A DNA stretch of 61,885 bases, taken from an uncultured Hydrogenophaga sp. (lineage in GTDB: Bacteria; Pseudomonadota; Gammaproteobacteria; Burkholderiales; Burkholderiaceae_C). The DNA is taken from the NCBI GenBank assembly GCA_964520365.1, contig CAZFOT010000001.1, positions 1 to 61,885 of the forward strand. The letters run 5' to 3'. This document shows positions 31,128 to 52,848 of this stretch, one piece after another. Position numbers and translations under genes: made by a program. Numbering within the stretch: the stretch's first letter is position 1; each line of letters begins with the position of its first letter. The notes under the pieces are model-generated. The model made no database searches, was not told the origin of the DNA, and worked only from the letters and a program-made list of their open reading frames with translations.

Positions 31128-31886
31128 ATGAACACCGCCACCCCGACCCCGACCTGCACCCTCTGCGGCCTGCCCATCGCGCGCGCGCGCCTGCAAGAGA
31201 CGCTCGACGGCCTGCTGGCGCGCATCGCGCGCGGCGAGGGCGCGTGGCTGGTGACGCTCAACACCGAGATGCTGGCCCGCGGCAGCCGCGAGCCAGCCTA
31301 CCTGGCACTGATCGCTCAGGCCGACATCATCACCGCAGACGGCATGCCGCTGGTCTGGGCCTCCCGCCGCAAGGGCGCGGGCCAGGCCATCGACGGACGA
31401 ACCACCGGCGTAGACCTGGTCGACGCCTACCTGCGCCTGCCGCGGGTACCGGCCTACGCCATCATCGGCGGCCAGGACCCCATGGCCACGCTGGCCCGCT
31501 ACGAGCCCGCGGCCCGGGAAGCCTGCCGCTACCTGTTCGACGGCAAGGTCGACCTTGGCGATGCGCAACTGGATGAGTTTGCCCGTGCCCTGAAAGAGCG
31601 CGAGGTGCGGACGCTCTTCATCGCGCTGGGCGTGCCCAAGCAGGACCGGCTCGCCCTCGCGCTGCGCGCCAGGCTGCCCCATCTGGTGATCGCGGGCATC
31701 GGCGGCACCTTTGAAATCCTCGGCCCCAAGGGCAGCCGCGCGCCTCGCTGGATGCAAGGCGCCGGGCTGGAGTGGCTCTATCGCCTGATCAAGGAGCCGG
31801 GAAGGCTCTGGAGACGCTACCTGATCAGCTATCCTGCGGGGATCGGGATGCTGCTCAAGGACGGCTTGAAGAAGGCGCGACCCTGA
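31128..31886 (+). CDS. WecB/TagA/CpsF family glycosyltransferase (GT26)
   Basis: VTLNTE, ADGMPLVW, ALGVPKQD and RAPRWMQGAGLEWLYRLIKEPGRLWRRY motifs. Confidence 0.92.
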   Translation: MNTATPTPTCTLCGLPIARARLQETLDGLLARIARGEGAWLVTLNTEMLARGSREPAYLALIAQADIITADGMPLVWASRRKGAGQAIDGRTTGVDLVDAYLRLPRVPAYAIIGGQDPMATLARYEPAAREACRYLFDGKVDLGDAQLDEFARALKEREVRTLFIALGVPKQDRLALALRARLPHLVIAGIGGTFEILGPKGSRAPRWMQGAGLEWLYRLIKEPGRLWRRYLISYPAGIGMLLKDGLKKARP

Positions 31887-32034
31887 CCGTTCGGCCAGGG
31901 GAAAGCAGCCCTGGTGGCGCCGGATGCATGAGGTAGACTGGCTCCCCGGATCATCAACCCGGCAACACCACAAGCTTGGCAAGCGGGCGCAGGTCAGCCG
32001 GATGAACGCCTTCATGGCGCGGAAATGGTAGAGC

Positions 32035-32895
32035 GTGTACGAATCCTTCTACGGCCTTCGCGAGAAGCCTTTTTCCATCCAGCCGGACCCGGAATTCCTG
32101 TTCATGAGCCAGCGCCACACGCTGGCTTACAGCATGCTGGAGTACGGCCTGCTCAGCCGGGCCGGCTTCACGGTGATCTGCGGCGAGATCGGCTGCGGCA
32201 AGACGACGCTGATCCGCCGGCTGCTCAACACGCTGGGTAACGACGTGATCGTGGGACTGGTCACGAACACGCACCAGGACATGGGCAACATGCTGGAATG
32301 GATCATGCTCGCCTACGGCCTCCCGTTCGACGGCAAATCCCACGTCGCCCAGTACGATATCTTCCAGCGTTTTCTCATCGACGAGTACGGCAAGGGCCAC
32401 CGCGTGGTGTTGATCGTCGACGAGGCGCAGAACCTGAGCGTCTCCGGCCTGGAGTCGCTGCGCATGCTCTCGAACATCAATGCCGACAAGGACCAGTTGC
32501 TGCAGATGATCCTGGTCGGGCAGCCGCAGTTGCGCGATCTTCTCAAGCGCCCCGAGCTCGCTCAGGTGGCGCAGCGGGTCGCGGTGGACTATTTCATCCC
32601 GCCGCTGAACACGGTGGAGGTGGCCGACTACATCGAACACCGCCTGCAGGTCGCCGGGCGCGACCGATCGCTGTTCAGCCCGCTGGCGATGGCCAAGATC
32701 GCCAAGGCGGCGCACGGCATTCCCCGCAACATCAACACCCTGTGCGACATGGCTCTGGTCTATGGCTATGCGTACGAGGCCAGGGTGATCGACGTGCACA
32801 TCATCGAGGAGGTGCTTCAGGACCGCAGCCAGTTCGGCGCGCTGGGTGACCATCCGGCCCCGGTGGACGGCGAAACGTCCGCCGAGCGTGAATAA
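32035..32895 (+). CDS. ExeA-like AAA ATPase
   Basis: YESFYGLREKPFSIQPDP, GEIGCGKTT, LIVDEAQ, LVGQPQL and GIPRNIN motifs. Confidence 0.9.
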   Translation: MYESFYGLREKPFSIQPDPEFLFMSQRHTLAYSMLEYGLLSRAGFTVICGEIGCGKTTLIRRLLNTLGNDVIVGLVTNTHQDMGNMLEWIMLAYGLPFDGKSHVAQYDIFQRFLIDEYGKGHRVVLIVDEAQNLSVSGLESLRMLSNINADKDQLLQMILVGQPQLRDLLKRPELAQVAQRVAVDYFIPPLNTVEVADYIEHRLQVAGRDRSLFSPLAMAKIAKAAHGIPRNINTLCDMALVYGYAYEARVIDVHIIEEVLQDRSQFGALGDHPAPVDGETSAERE

Positions 32896-32978
32896 TCTGT
32901 CAGTCATACGTTCTATTTCTGACGCGATAATGGCGGTTTTCGGGATGGAGCCATGAGCCAAGCAGCGCAGGGACAGGT

Positions 32979-39424
<6,446 letters not shown>

Positions 39425-39428
<4 letters not shown>

Positions 39429-40429
39429 ACGCCGCGCGCAATCCGACCCTGCTCACGGTGCTGCTGAATTTCCGAACCGCGGAGATGACGCTGCAGGCGC
39501 TGGAGGTGGCCGTGCGGGAGATGGAGGGCATCGACGGCGCGATCACCGTGCTCGACAACGCCTCCGGCGACGGCTCGTTCGAGAAGATCCGCGACGCGGT
39601 GCAGACGCGAAGCGGAGAGCTGGGCTGGCAGCGGGTGCAGGTGATCGCATCGGACCACAACGGCGGCTACGGCGCCGGCAACAACATCGCCATCCGCCAT
39701 GGCCTGCCCGACGGGTCGGCGCCCGACTTCGTGTACCTGCTCAACTCGGACGCCTTCCCCGAGCCCGGCGCGGTGCGCACGCTGTTTGACTACATGGTCG
39801 CCCACCCCCGGGTCGGTTTCACGGGCAGTCGCATCCACGGCGAGGACGGGGTCTACCACCAGACCGCGTTTCGCTTCCCCACCATCCAGAGCGAGTTCGA
39901 GGGCGCGGCCTGCACCGGACCGATCTCGCGCCTGCTCAGACGCTACATCGTGGCCATGCCCGAGCCCGAGCACACCCAGCCGGTGGACTGGGTGGTTGGG
40001 GCCAGCATCATGGTCCGGCGCGAGACGCTCGACGAGGTTGGCCTGTTCGACGAGCGTTTCTTCCTGTACTTCGAGGAAACCGACCTGTGCCTGCGCGCCA
40101 GCCGAAAGGGCTGGAGCACAGTCTACGTGCTGGAGAGCCGCGTCATGCACATCGGTTCGGTCTCCACCGGCATGAAGACCTGGAAGCGCATACCTCGCTA
40201 CTGGCTCGACTCGCGCATGCTGTACTTCAGCAAGAACCACGGCGTCCCCTACGCGGTTGCGGCCACGCTGGCGAACGTGGCGGGCTCGCTGATCCTGCGG
40301 GCGCGGCGGCTGATCGATCGACGGCCGATCGACGGCCCCGAGCATTTCCTGCGCGACCTGGTCAGCCATGCCCTGCGCTGCGCGTTGCAGCGCCGCTTGG
40401 TCGGAAACCGCTCCAGCGCGGGTCCCTGA
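39425..40429 (+). CDS. Glycosyltransferase family 2, copy A
   Basis: LDNASGDGS, NGGYGAGNN, LLNSDA and FDERFFLYFEETDLC motifs; ATGA overlap with the PKS stop. Confidence 0.92.
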
Positions 40430-41405
40430 ACGGTCCACGCCTTCAACATGGCCCCCACATCCTGCCCGACCCTGCTCACGGTGCTGCTGAATTTCCGAAC
40501 CGCGGAGATGACGCTGCAGGCGCTGGAGGTGGCCGTGCGGGAGATGGAGGGCATCGACGGCGCGATCACCGTGCTCGACAACGCCTCCGGCGACGGCTCG
40601 TTCGAGAAGATCCGCGACGCGGTGCAGACGCGAAGCGGAGAGCTGGGCTGGCAGCGGGTGCAGGTGATCGCATCGGACCACAACGGCGGCTACGGCGCCG
40701 GCAACAACATCGCCATCCGCCATGGCCTGCCCGACGGGTCGGCGCCCGACTTCGTGTACCTGCTCAACTCGGACGCCTTCCCCGAGCCCGGCGCGGTGCG
40801 CACGCTGTTTGACTACATGGTCGCCCACCCCCGGGTCGGTTTCACGGGCAGTCGCATCCACGGCGAGGACGGGGTCTACCACCAGACCGCGTTTCGCTTC
40901 CCCACCATCCAGAGCGAGTTCGAGGGCGCGGCCTGCACCGGACCGATCTCGCGCCTGCTCAGACGCTACATCGTGGCCATGCCCGAGCCCGTGCAGACCC
41001 GGACCGTGGACTGGCTGGCCGGGGCCAGCATGATGATCCGGCGCGAGACGCTCGACGAAGTCGGCCTGTTCGACGAGCGCTTCTTCCTGTACTTCGAGGA
41101 AACCGACCTGTGCCTGCGCGCCAGCCGCCTGGGCTGGAGCACGGTCTACGTACCGCAGAGCCGCGTCATGCACATCGGTTCGGTCTCCACCGGCATGAAG
41201 AAGTGGAAGCGCGTGCCCGGCTACTACCTCGACTCCCGCATGCTGTACTTCAGCAAGAACCACGGCGTCCCCTACGCGGTTGCGGCCACGCTGGCGAACG
41301 TGGCGGGCTCGCTGATCCTGCGGGCGCGGCGGCTGATCGATCGACGGCCGATCGACGGCCCCGAGCATTTCCTGCGCGACCTGGTCAGCCATGCCCTGCG
41401 CTGCG
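39443..41405 (+). repeat. Tandem gene duplication with 1023 bp period
   Basis: 39443-39968 = 40466-40991 and 40214-40382 = 41237-41405 read as identical; the intervening ~245 bp is diverged. Confidence 0.9.
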
Positions 41406-41452
41406 TGCGGCAGCGCCGCCTGGTCGGAGGCCGGTCCGGTGCGAGCTTCTGA
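40448..41452 (+). CDS. Glycosyltransferase family 2, copy B
   Basis: Same motifs and same length (334 aa) as copy A. Confidence 0.92.
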   Translation: MAPTSCPTLLTVLLNFRTAEMTLQALEVAVREMEGIDGAITVLDNASGDGSFEKIRDAVQTRSGELGWQRVQVIASDHNGGYGAGNNIAIRHGLPDGSAPDFVYLLNSDAFPEPGAVRTLFDYMVAHPRVGFTGSRIHGEDGVYHQTAFRFPTIQSEFEGAACTGPISRLLRRYIVAMPEPVQTRTVDWLAGASMMIRRETLDEVGLFDERFFLYFEETDLCLRASRLGWSTVYVPQSRVMHIGSVSTGMKKWKRVPGYYLDSRMLYFSKNHGVPYAVAATLANVAGSLILRARRLIDRRPIDGPEHFLRDLVSHALRCVRQRRLVGGRSGASF

Positions 41453-41488
41453 ACGGCCCATCCATTCATCTTGTTTCCGGAGCGATCC

Positions 41489-46119
<4,631 letters not shown>

Positions 46120-46120
<1 letters not shown>

Positions 46121-46845
46121 TGGACGCCGCCGCCTGCGCCGAACCGTCCCTGGCGCTGCACACGCTGCGCCAGCGCCTGGCCGAGCGGCTGGGGCCGGGC
46201 ATCGGCGTCGCCTGCACGGGCGTCGACGGCGATCCGCAGCGCTTGCACCCCGAGGAATTCGCGGCCGTGCGCCGGGCCGTGCCCCGGCGCCAGCGCGAGT
46301 TCGCCGCCGGCCGCCAGGCGGCCCGCCAGGCGATGGCGGACATCGGCTGGCCGCCCGAGGCCATTCCCGGCGCGCCCGACCGGTCACCGGTCTGGCCCGA
46401 GGGGCTGACCGGCTCGATCTCGCACACCGGCCAGGCCTGCGTGGCGGTCGTGGGCCCGCGCGGGCAGTGGCAGTCGATCGGCATCGACCTGGAAAACGAC
46501 CTGCCGATGGAGCCGGCCCTCTGGAACACGGTCTGCACGCCAGAGGAGCTCGCATTCGTGGGCGCCCAGCCCACGCCGCGGCAAGGCCGCCTGGTCACGT
46601 GGCTGTTCTCGGCCAAGGAAGCTTTCTACAAGTGGCAGTACCCCCGGACCCGGCGTGTGCTGGACTTCCAGGACGTGCAGGTCGCGCTGAACCCGCCCGG
46701 CCTCCCGACGGGCTTTCGCGTCACCCGCACAGGCACCCATCTGAGCCCGGGCATCGAAGGCCACTGCCTGGCATGCCAGGGACACATCGCCACCTGGGTG
46801 ATCGGCGACGCGTGGCGCACCGCCGATCCGACCAGACACACCTGA
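46120..46845 (+). CDS. 4'-phosphopantetheinyl transferase (EntD-like)
   Basis: RQREFAAGR, GSISHT, IGIDLE and FSAKEAFYK motifs; start overlaps the NRPS stop. Confidence 0.92.
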
Positions 46846-46858
46846 ATAGGATTTCTCG

Positions 46859-48085
46859 ATGACCGACAAGAACGACGACACATTGCTGCTCTACGCACCA
46901 GTCCCCCTGTACAGCAGCGAACACGGCCACCTCCTCGAAGACCAGGCCTGCAACGGGCTGACCCGGTGGGCGGAAAATTTCAGTCGCCTCATCGTGATGT
47001 TCCCCGTGGAGCATGGCACGCCCCCGCCGAGCTGGATTCCGCTCCATTCATCGGGCGTCGATCTCCAGCGGGTCGAGGTGGTGGCGCTGCCCACGGCTTA
47101 TCGACCGGACCAGTTTCTCCGGCACTACCGCGCCATCCGCCAGCAGATCGGACAACTGATCGACCGTGCGAACTACCTGTCGTTCTCGATCGGCGGCCTT
47201 TTTGGCGACTGGGGCTCGGTGGCGGCTTTCGAAGCCCATCGAAAACATCGGCGCTTTGCCGTCTGGACCGACCGGGTGGAGTCCGAGGTGGTCCGGGAGG
47301 AAAGCCGGTCGGGAAAGACCCGCAAGGCGAGGCTCAGGGCCGCGCTGACGCACCGCCCGATGGCCATGCTGGAGCGCGCCATCATTCGCCGGGCCACCGT
47401 CGGCCTCTTTCACGGCGCCGAAACCCACGCCACCTACGCCCCCTATGCGAAGGTGGCCGAAATCGTCCACGACATCCATCTTCGAGAGGAAGACCGCATC
47501 CCGCCCGAGGCTCTTGCGGCCAAGATCCAGACCGCAGCGCAAGGACCCCTGCGCATCTGCTACCTGGGACGCGCGGATCCGATGAAAGGTCCCGACGACT
47601 GGGTCGCGGTCATGGCCATGCTCAAGGCGTCGGGCGTCGACTTCGAGGCCACCTGGCTGGGCGACGGCGACAGGCTGCCGGCCATGAAAGCCGAGATCGC
47701 CCGCGCGGGCCTGGACGGGCATGTCCGGCTGCCCGGGTTTGTCAGGGACCGGGCAGCCATTCTGGCGGCGCTGCGGCATGCGCACGCCTTTGTGTTCTGC
47801 CACAAGACCCCGGAGTCTCCGCGCAACCTGATCGAGGCCCTGGTGTCGGGCACACCGATCGTGGGCTACGACAGCCCCTTCCCCAGGGACCTGATCGCGA
47901 CCCACGGCGGCGGCATGCTCACGCCGATGAACGACGTCGCGGCCCTGGCATCGGTTCTGACCGGCCTGGCTGGCGAGCGCCACAGGTTGGCCAGCCTGTT
48001 CGGCCAAGCCGCTCTCGACGGTGCACCCTTCAACGACGTGGCGGTCTTCAGACACCGAAGCGAGGTGATACGCGCGCATCTCTGA
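46859..48085 (+). CDS. Glycosyltransferase, GT4-like
   Basis: YLGRADPMKG and PESPRNLIEALVSGTPIV (EX7E) motifs. Confidence 0.85.
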   Translation: MTDKNDDTLLLYAPVPLYSSEHGHLLEDQACNGLTRWAENFSRLIVMFPVEHGTPPPSWIPLHSSGVDLQRVEVVALPTAYRPDQFLRHYRAIRQQIGQLIDRANYLSFSIGGLFGDWGSVAAFEAHRKHRRFAVWTDRVESEVVREESRSGKTRKARLRAALTHRPMAMLERAIIRRATVGLFHGAETHATYAPYAKVAEIVHDIHLREEDRIPPEALAAKIQTAAQGPLRICYLGRADPMKGPDDWVAVMAMLKASGVDFEATWLGDGDRLPAMKAEIARAGLDGHVRLPGFVRDRAAILAALRHAHAFVFCHKTPESPRNLIEALVSGTPIVGYDSPFPRDLIATHGGGMLTPMNDVAALASVLTGLAGERHRLASLFGQAALDGAPFNDVAVFRHRSEVIRAHL

Positions 48086-48186
48086 CTGACGCTCGCTGTA
48101 CCCTTGCTGACAGTGGCACACGCGTGCGCCCACATCGAGGCCGCCTAGGCGACGGCCTGGACCTGAACCGAAACCTGGACTGCAGC

Positions 48187-49131
48187 ATGAACCTGAAAGA
48201 CACGCTGAAATACGCCCTGGCACTGGCCCTGACCGCCTGCGGCTGGCCGCAAAAGACACTGGATCCGGCAGCCCTGGCCGGCCTGTACGCCCAGCCGCTG
48301 GCCCCGCCGGCGAAGCCCATGCGGGTGTTCCACATCGGCCACAGCCTGGTCGGCCGCGACATGCCGGCCATGCTCGAACAACTGGCCGGCGAAGGCCACG
48401 ACCACCGGTCCCAGCTGGGTTGGGGTGCCACCTTGAAGTCGCACTGGGAACCCGATGTGCCCATCAACGGCTTCGAGCAGGAAAACGCGCACCCCCGCTA
48501 TCAGGACGCCACAGAGGCCATCAAAAGTGGCCGGTTCGACGCGCTGGTGCTCACCGAAATGGTCGAAATCAAGGACGCCATCAAGTACTTCGACAGCCCC
48601 AAGTACATCCGGCGCTGGGCACGCGACGCCCGAAATGCCAATCCGGCGACGCGTGTCTACCTGTACGAGACCTGGCACCCGCTGGACGACCCCGACGGCT
48701 GGCTGACTCGCCTGGATCACGACCTGGGTGCCTACTGGGAAGGCGTGCTGCTGGCCAGGGGCCTGGCCCACGGCGACACGGGCGGACCCGTGTACGTGAT
48801 CCCCGCCGGCCAGGTGATGGCGGCATTCGTCAGGCGCGTGGACCAGGCGGGAGGACTGCCCGGCCTGCGTTCGCGCGAGGACCTGTTCCGCCGCGAACCG
48901 GACGGCAAGCAGGACATGATCCACCTCAACGACCTGGGCAGCTACCTCGTGGCCCTGACGCACTATGCGGTGCTGTACCACCGCAGCCCCATCGGGCTGC
49001 CGCATCAATTGAAGCGAGCCGACGGCTCAGCGGCCAACGCCCCTTCGGAGGCCGTGGCCCGGGTCATGCAGGAAGTGGTCTGGGAGGTCGTGACCCAATA
49101 CCCCAAGACCGGAGTGGGTCAGGCGCGCTGA
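48187..49131 (+). CDS. Putative lipoprotein with SGNH-like acyl-esterase/transferase motifs
   Basis: Lipobox-like LALTAC; FHIGHSL (block I-like) and DMIH (DxxH). Confidence 0.55.
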   Translation: MNLKDTLKYALALALTACGWPQKTLDPAALAGLYAQPLAPPAKPMRVFHIGHSLVGRDMPAMLEQLAGEGHDHRSQLGWGATLKSHWEPDVPINGFEQENAHPRYQDATEAIKSGRFDALVLTEMVEIKDAIKYFDSPKYIRRWARDARNANPATRVYLYETWHPLDDPDGWLTRLDHDLGAYWEGVLLARGLAHGDTGGPVYVIPAGQVMAAFVRRVDQAGGLPGLRSREDLFRREPDGKQDMIHLNDLGSYLVALTHYAVLYHRSPIGLPHQLKRADGSAANAPSEAVARVMQEVVWEVVTQYPKTGVGQAR

Positions 49132-49144
49132 AGGCCGGACATCC

Positions 49145-49951
49145 TCAGCTGTCCTTGCCAAGCGCGCTCTTGATGCCCCGCTTCACATTGCGCCAGCCCT
49201 CCTGGAGATTGCGCGCGGCTTGCTCGACCGGCATGGCGATCTTGCCTTTGAAATATTCGTCGGGGCGTGCCTTGAAAATGGTCGAGTGCGCCTCGCCAGT
49301 CCAATGGGGAGGCGCCTCTTTCGTGTAGTAGTAGGCCGCAAAGCTTTTGCGAACGGCCCCTTCGGGACAGCGCACCGCAGCCACGCCGTGATAGCTGATG
49401 TCGGACGTCTCGAACACCACGCAGCGATTGAAAACCGGCATGAAAGCGTGATGGCAGGTTCTCACATCCTTGTCCCACAATTCGATTTCGCCCCCCCATT
49501 CACGTTGCCAGTCCTTGTTGAAATAAACTAGGATGTTCAAACGCCGATGAAGCTGCCGATCCGTGATGTAGTTGAAATCCACGTGCACATCGAGAAGCCC
49601 TCTCGGCCCGGTTTCATGTATGCCGCCACCTGCAAGCTCCGGATCGGCGATGAGACGGGGAATGTCCATCACGTAGGACACCAGATCCAGAAAATCCGGA
49701 GCCGCAAGCGCCTCATGCAGCGCATGAATGGGCGCAGGGAAAACACTGGCGTCGGTCACCTGCACCTTGTTCCGTTCGTTCACGGCCCTGAATTTGTGAC
49801 CCAGGCGCGAAACCTCCTCAAAGCTTGGAAATGCAGCATGCACTTCCTCGGCACACTCGGGCTTCAGAAAATTGTCGACGGAAAAGAACGGAAACGGTTG
49901 CGCAGTCCGAACCTGCGCGCGAAGCGCTTCGCGATCGATGGGGTTGAGCAT
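49145..49951 (-). CDS. 2OG-Fe(II) oxygenase
   Basis: GGGIHE, HVDFN (HxD), SYHGV and RKSFA motifs. Confidence 0.85.
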   Translation of the reverse strand: MLNPIDREALRAQVRTAQPFPFFSVDNFLKPECAEEVHAAFPSFEEVSRLGHKFRAVNERNKVQVTDASVFPAPIHALHEALAAPDFLDLVSYVMDIPRLIADPELAGGGIHETGPRGLLDVHVDFNYITDRQLHRRLNILVYFNKDWQREWGGEIELWDKDVRTCHHAFMPVFNRCVVFETSDISYHGVAAVRCPEGAVRKSFAAYYYTKEAPPHWTGEAHSTIFKARPDEYFKGKIAMPVEQAARNLQEGWRNVKRGIKSALGKDS

Positions 49952-50139
49952 GATGGTCTCCGGTCGTTACGACCAAGTGAATCCGGACTCTCGCAGACGG
50001 ACCGTGCAACGTGTGAAACACGGTACTTTATGTTAGCACCAGTGAGATCCCACGGAGCAGGCATGCTTTCTTCTTTCGTACATACTGATCGTCCGAGCTT
50101 CCCCAAAGACAACCACCCCGCACCCCTATACTGACGGCC

Positions 50140-51594
50140 ATGGCTCTCCCCTCCCGGCCACCCCGCTCCATCCTCAAACGCCGCAGCAGCATCTCGACGG
50201 CCGCGCAGGCGTTGCTTGACGCGGCGGCTGTCATGGGCCTGGCCTACTACCTGATCCGGCTGCACGCGGGAGCTCTCAACGCCGACTACACCGTGCTGCT
50301 GCTGCTGCTGCTCGGCGGCATGGGCCTGGCCTACGACCAGTTCGGCCTGTACCGCAGCAACAGCAGCCACACCCGCAAGGCCATCAACCTGTTCAAGGCC
50401 TGGACGCTGATCTTCGCCTGCCTGCTGCTGGCCGGCTTCGCCACCAAGCAGACCGATGTCTACTCCCGTCTCATGGTGGGCAAGCTGTACGTGTTCGGCT
50501 TCCTGGTCCAGATCGTCCTGCACATGGGCTTTCGGGAGCTGCAGATCCGGTGGCTGCGCCGCGCCGTCGAGCCGGAGAACGTGCTGATCGTCGGCACCGG
50601 CCGGCTGGCGCGCTACCTGCAGAACAAGATCTCCAGCAATCCCTGGCTGGGCCAGCGGGTCATCGGCTGCCTGGCGCTGCCGGCCAGCGAACCTGAGCGC
50701 CAGGGCGCCAGCACGAACCGGCTGCAGGAGCCCTCGGACTTCGGCAGCCTGCAGGAATCGAACGTGATCGGCCCGTTCGAGCAGATGCTCGACATCATCG
50801 ACCGGCGCGGCATCGACACGGTGTACTTCGCGATTCCGCTGGACGCGTCCGACCTCATCGAGGACATGTACTTCAACCTGCTCGACAAGCACGTGGCGGT
50901 GCACTGGGTGCCCGACATCTACTCCATGCTGCTGGTCAACCACAGCGTTCGCGAAATCGCCGGCCTGCCGGTGCTCACCCTCTCCGAGACCCCGCTCACC
51001 GGCACGCGCCTGCTGTTCAAGGCCATCGAGGACTTCGTGCTCTCGGCCCTCATCCTGCTGGTCATCTCGCCGCTGCTGCTGCTCATCGCCGCGGCCATCA
51101 AGCTCGACAGCCCCGGGCCGGTGTTCTTCAAGCAGGCGCGCAACGGCTGGAGCGGCAAGACCTTCAGCATCTGGAAATTCCGCAGCATGCACGTGCACAC
51201 GCCCGAGGCCGGCGAGGTCAGGCAGGCCACCCGCGGCGACCCGCGCGTGACCCGGGTCGGCGCGTTCCTGCGCCGCACCAGCCTGGACGAACTGCCCCAG
51301 CTGATCAACGTGCTGCGCGGCGAAATGTCGCTCGTGGGGCCGCGGCCGCACGCCGTGCAGCACGACATGGAATATTCCCAGCGCATCAACAGCTACTTCG
51401 CGCGCCACAACATCAAGCCCGGCATCACCGGGCTGGCGCAGGTGCGCGGCTTCAGGGGCGAAACCAGCGACATCGAGCAGATGCAGCAGCGCGTGGAGTC
51501 CGACATCGAATACATCAACAACTGGTCGCTCTGGCTGGACTTCACCATTCTCTTGCGCACGCTGGGCGCGCTGACGGGCAAAAACGCGTATTGA
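50140..51594 (+). CDS. Undecaprenyl-phosphate glucose phosphotransferase (WcaJ/GumD-type priming enzyme)
   Basis: KFRSM, DPRVTRVG, SLDELPQL.NVL.GEMSLVGPRP and KPGITGLAQV motifs. Confidence 0.93.
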   Translation: MALPSRPPRSILKRRSSISTAAQALLDAAAVMGLAYYLIRLHAGALNADYTVLLLLLLGGMGLAYDQFGLYRSNSSHTRKAINLFKAWTLIFACLLLAGFATKQTDVYSRLMVGKLYVFGFLVQIVLHMGFRELQIRWLRRAVEPENVLIVGTGRLARYLQNKISSNPWLGQRVIGCLALPASEPERQGASTNRLQEPSDFGSLQESNVIGPFEQMLDIIDRRGIDTVYFAIPLDASDLIEDMYFNLLDKHVAVHWVPDIYSMLLVNHSVREIAGLPVLTLSETPLTGTRLLFKAIEDFVLSALILLVISPLLLLIAAAIKLDSPGPVFFKQARNGWSGKTFSIWKFRSMHVHTPEAGEVRQATRGDPRVTRVGAFLRRTSLDELPQLINVLRGEMSLVGPRPHAVQHDMEYSQRINSYFARHNIKPGITGLAQVRGFRGETSDIEQMQQRVESDIEYINNWSLWLDFTILLRTLGALTGKNAY

Positions 51595-51809
51595 GGCGAA
51601 CACCGTGGCGCTTGGCACCGCCCCGAGGACGACTCCTCCGTCGGGTGTCCCTTCTACACGGGTGACGGCCAAGACGGCTGCATTTCATACCTCTTGCTTG
51701 AGGCAGCTCCGTGTATGCTGCGGTTTCCTTGGCTACCGGCACGGGCCGAAGCGATCCCAAAGGGAACACGTGCATGGTGGCTCTTCTCGTGCGAGGCTGG
51801 TGGATCAAG

Positions 51810-52844
51810 ATGAAGCAACGAATCAAGAACATCAAATCAAGGCTGCGCGACATCGTCGGCGAAGGACTGCATGTTTCGGGATTGGCATCTCCACAACTCT
51901 GGGCGAGGAACAAGCTGACTATCGTCACATTTCATCGGGTCTTGCCCCCTGACTTGCTGGCAGAGTACCCCACCCCGGAAATAGTGGTCACACCGGACGA
52001 ACTGGATCACTTCGTCAGGGTCCTGCGGCGACACTACGCGGTGGGAAACCTGCACGAAATGTCACTGCGCTACCAAGCGGGTGAGGCCTCGGACAAGCCT
52101 TTGCTGGCCATCACCTTCGACGATGGGCAAGCCGACAACCACCGCTTCGCCCGTCCTGTGTTGCAAACCCATGGTGTGAAGGCCAGCTTCTTTGTCGTGA
52201 CAGAGGCCATCGAGGGCAACGAGGCCCTCTGGCCCGATCGCATGGCCTATGCGATTCAGCGAGCCCTTGACCGAAGTGCGAGCGGCCTGCGGGAGTGGTT
52301 GCTTGGCATGGGCGCAACCCCTGGCGCGAAAGACCTGCCCAACGCAGCGGTGGCGCTGGCGAAAAGATTGACACCCGAGGAGCGGGATCAGCGTCTGCAC
52401 GACCTTGAGAAACTCGTCGGTGGTCAGGTACGTCCGGCATGGGACGGGATGATGAGTTGGGACCAACTGCGCGATTTGCAGCGTGAAGGGCACGAAATTG
52501 GGTCGCACAGCGCCTCGCATCCCATCTTGCCGTTGGTCCCCGACACCGCCTTGGACCAGGAAATCGAGGGCTCTCGCGCCACACTCGAACAGCGCCTGGA
52601 TCAGACCGTACGCTCTTTCTGTTACCCCAATGGCGATCACGACGAACGAGTGATTCAGGCCGTGCGCAAAGCGGGCTACCAGCATGGCGTGAGCACACAA
52701 TACGGACTGAATTCGGCAGACTCCGAGCCTCTGGCTCTTCGGCGCGTAGACATCCAGGGGCGCTTTGGTCGCAACACGAAGGGTGGCTTCTCTTCCGGGC
52801 CACTCATGTTGCGCTTGTCGGGCCTGCTGCCCGGGGCGTCCTGA
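51810..52844 (+). CDS. Polysaccharide deacetylase (NodB/CE4)
   Basis: FHRV, ITFDDG, EIGSHSASH and FCYPNG motifs. Confidence 0.9.
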   Translation: MKQRIKNIKSRLRDIVGEGLHVSGLASPQLWARNKLTIVTFHRVLPPDLLAEYPTPEIVVTPDELDHFVRVLRRHYAVGNLHEMSLRYQAGEASDKPLLAITFDDGQADNHRFARPVLQTHGVKASFFVVTEAIEGNEALWPDRMAYAIQRALDRSASGLREWLLGMGATPGAKDLPNAAVALAKRLTPEERDQRLHDLEKLVGGQVRPAWDGMMSWDQLRDLQREGHEIGSHSASHPILPLVPDTALDQEIEGSRATLEQRLDQTVRSFCYPNGDHDERVIQAVRKAGYQHGVSTQYGLNSADSEPLALRRVDIQGRFGRNTKGGFSSGPLMLRLSGLLPGAS

Positions 52845-52848
52845 GACC

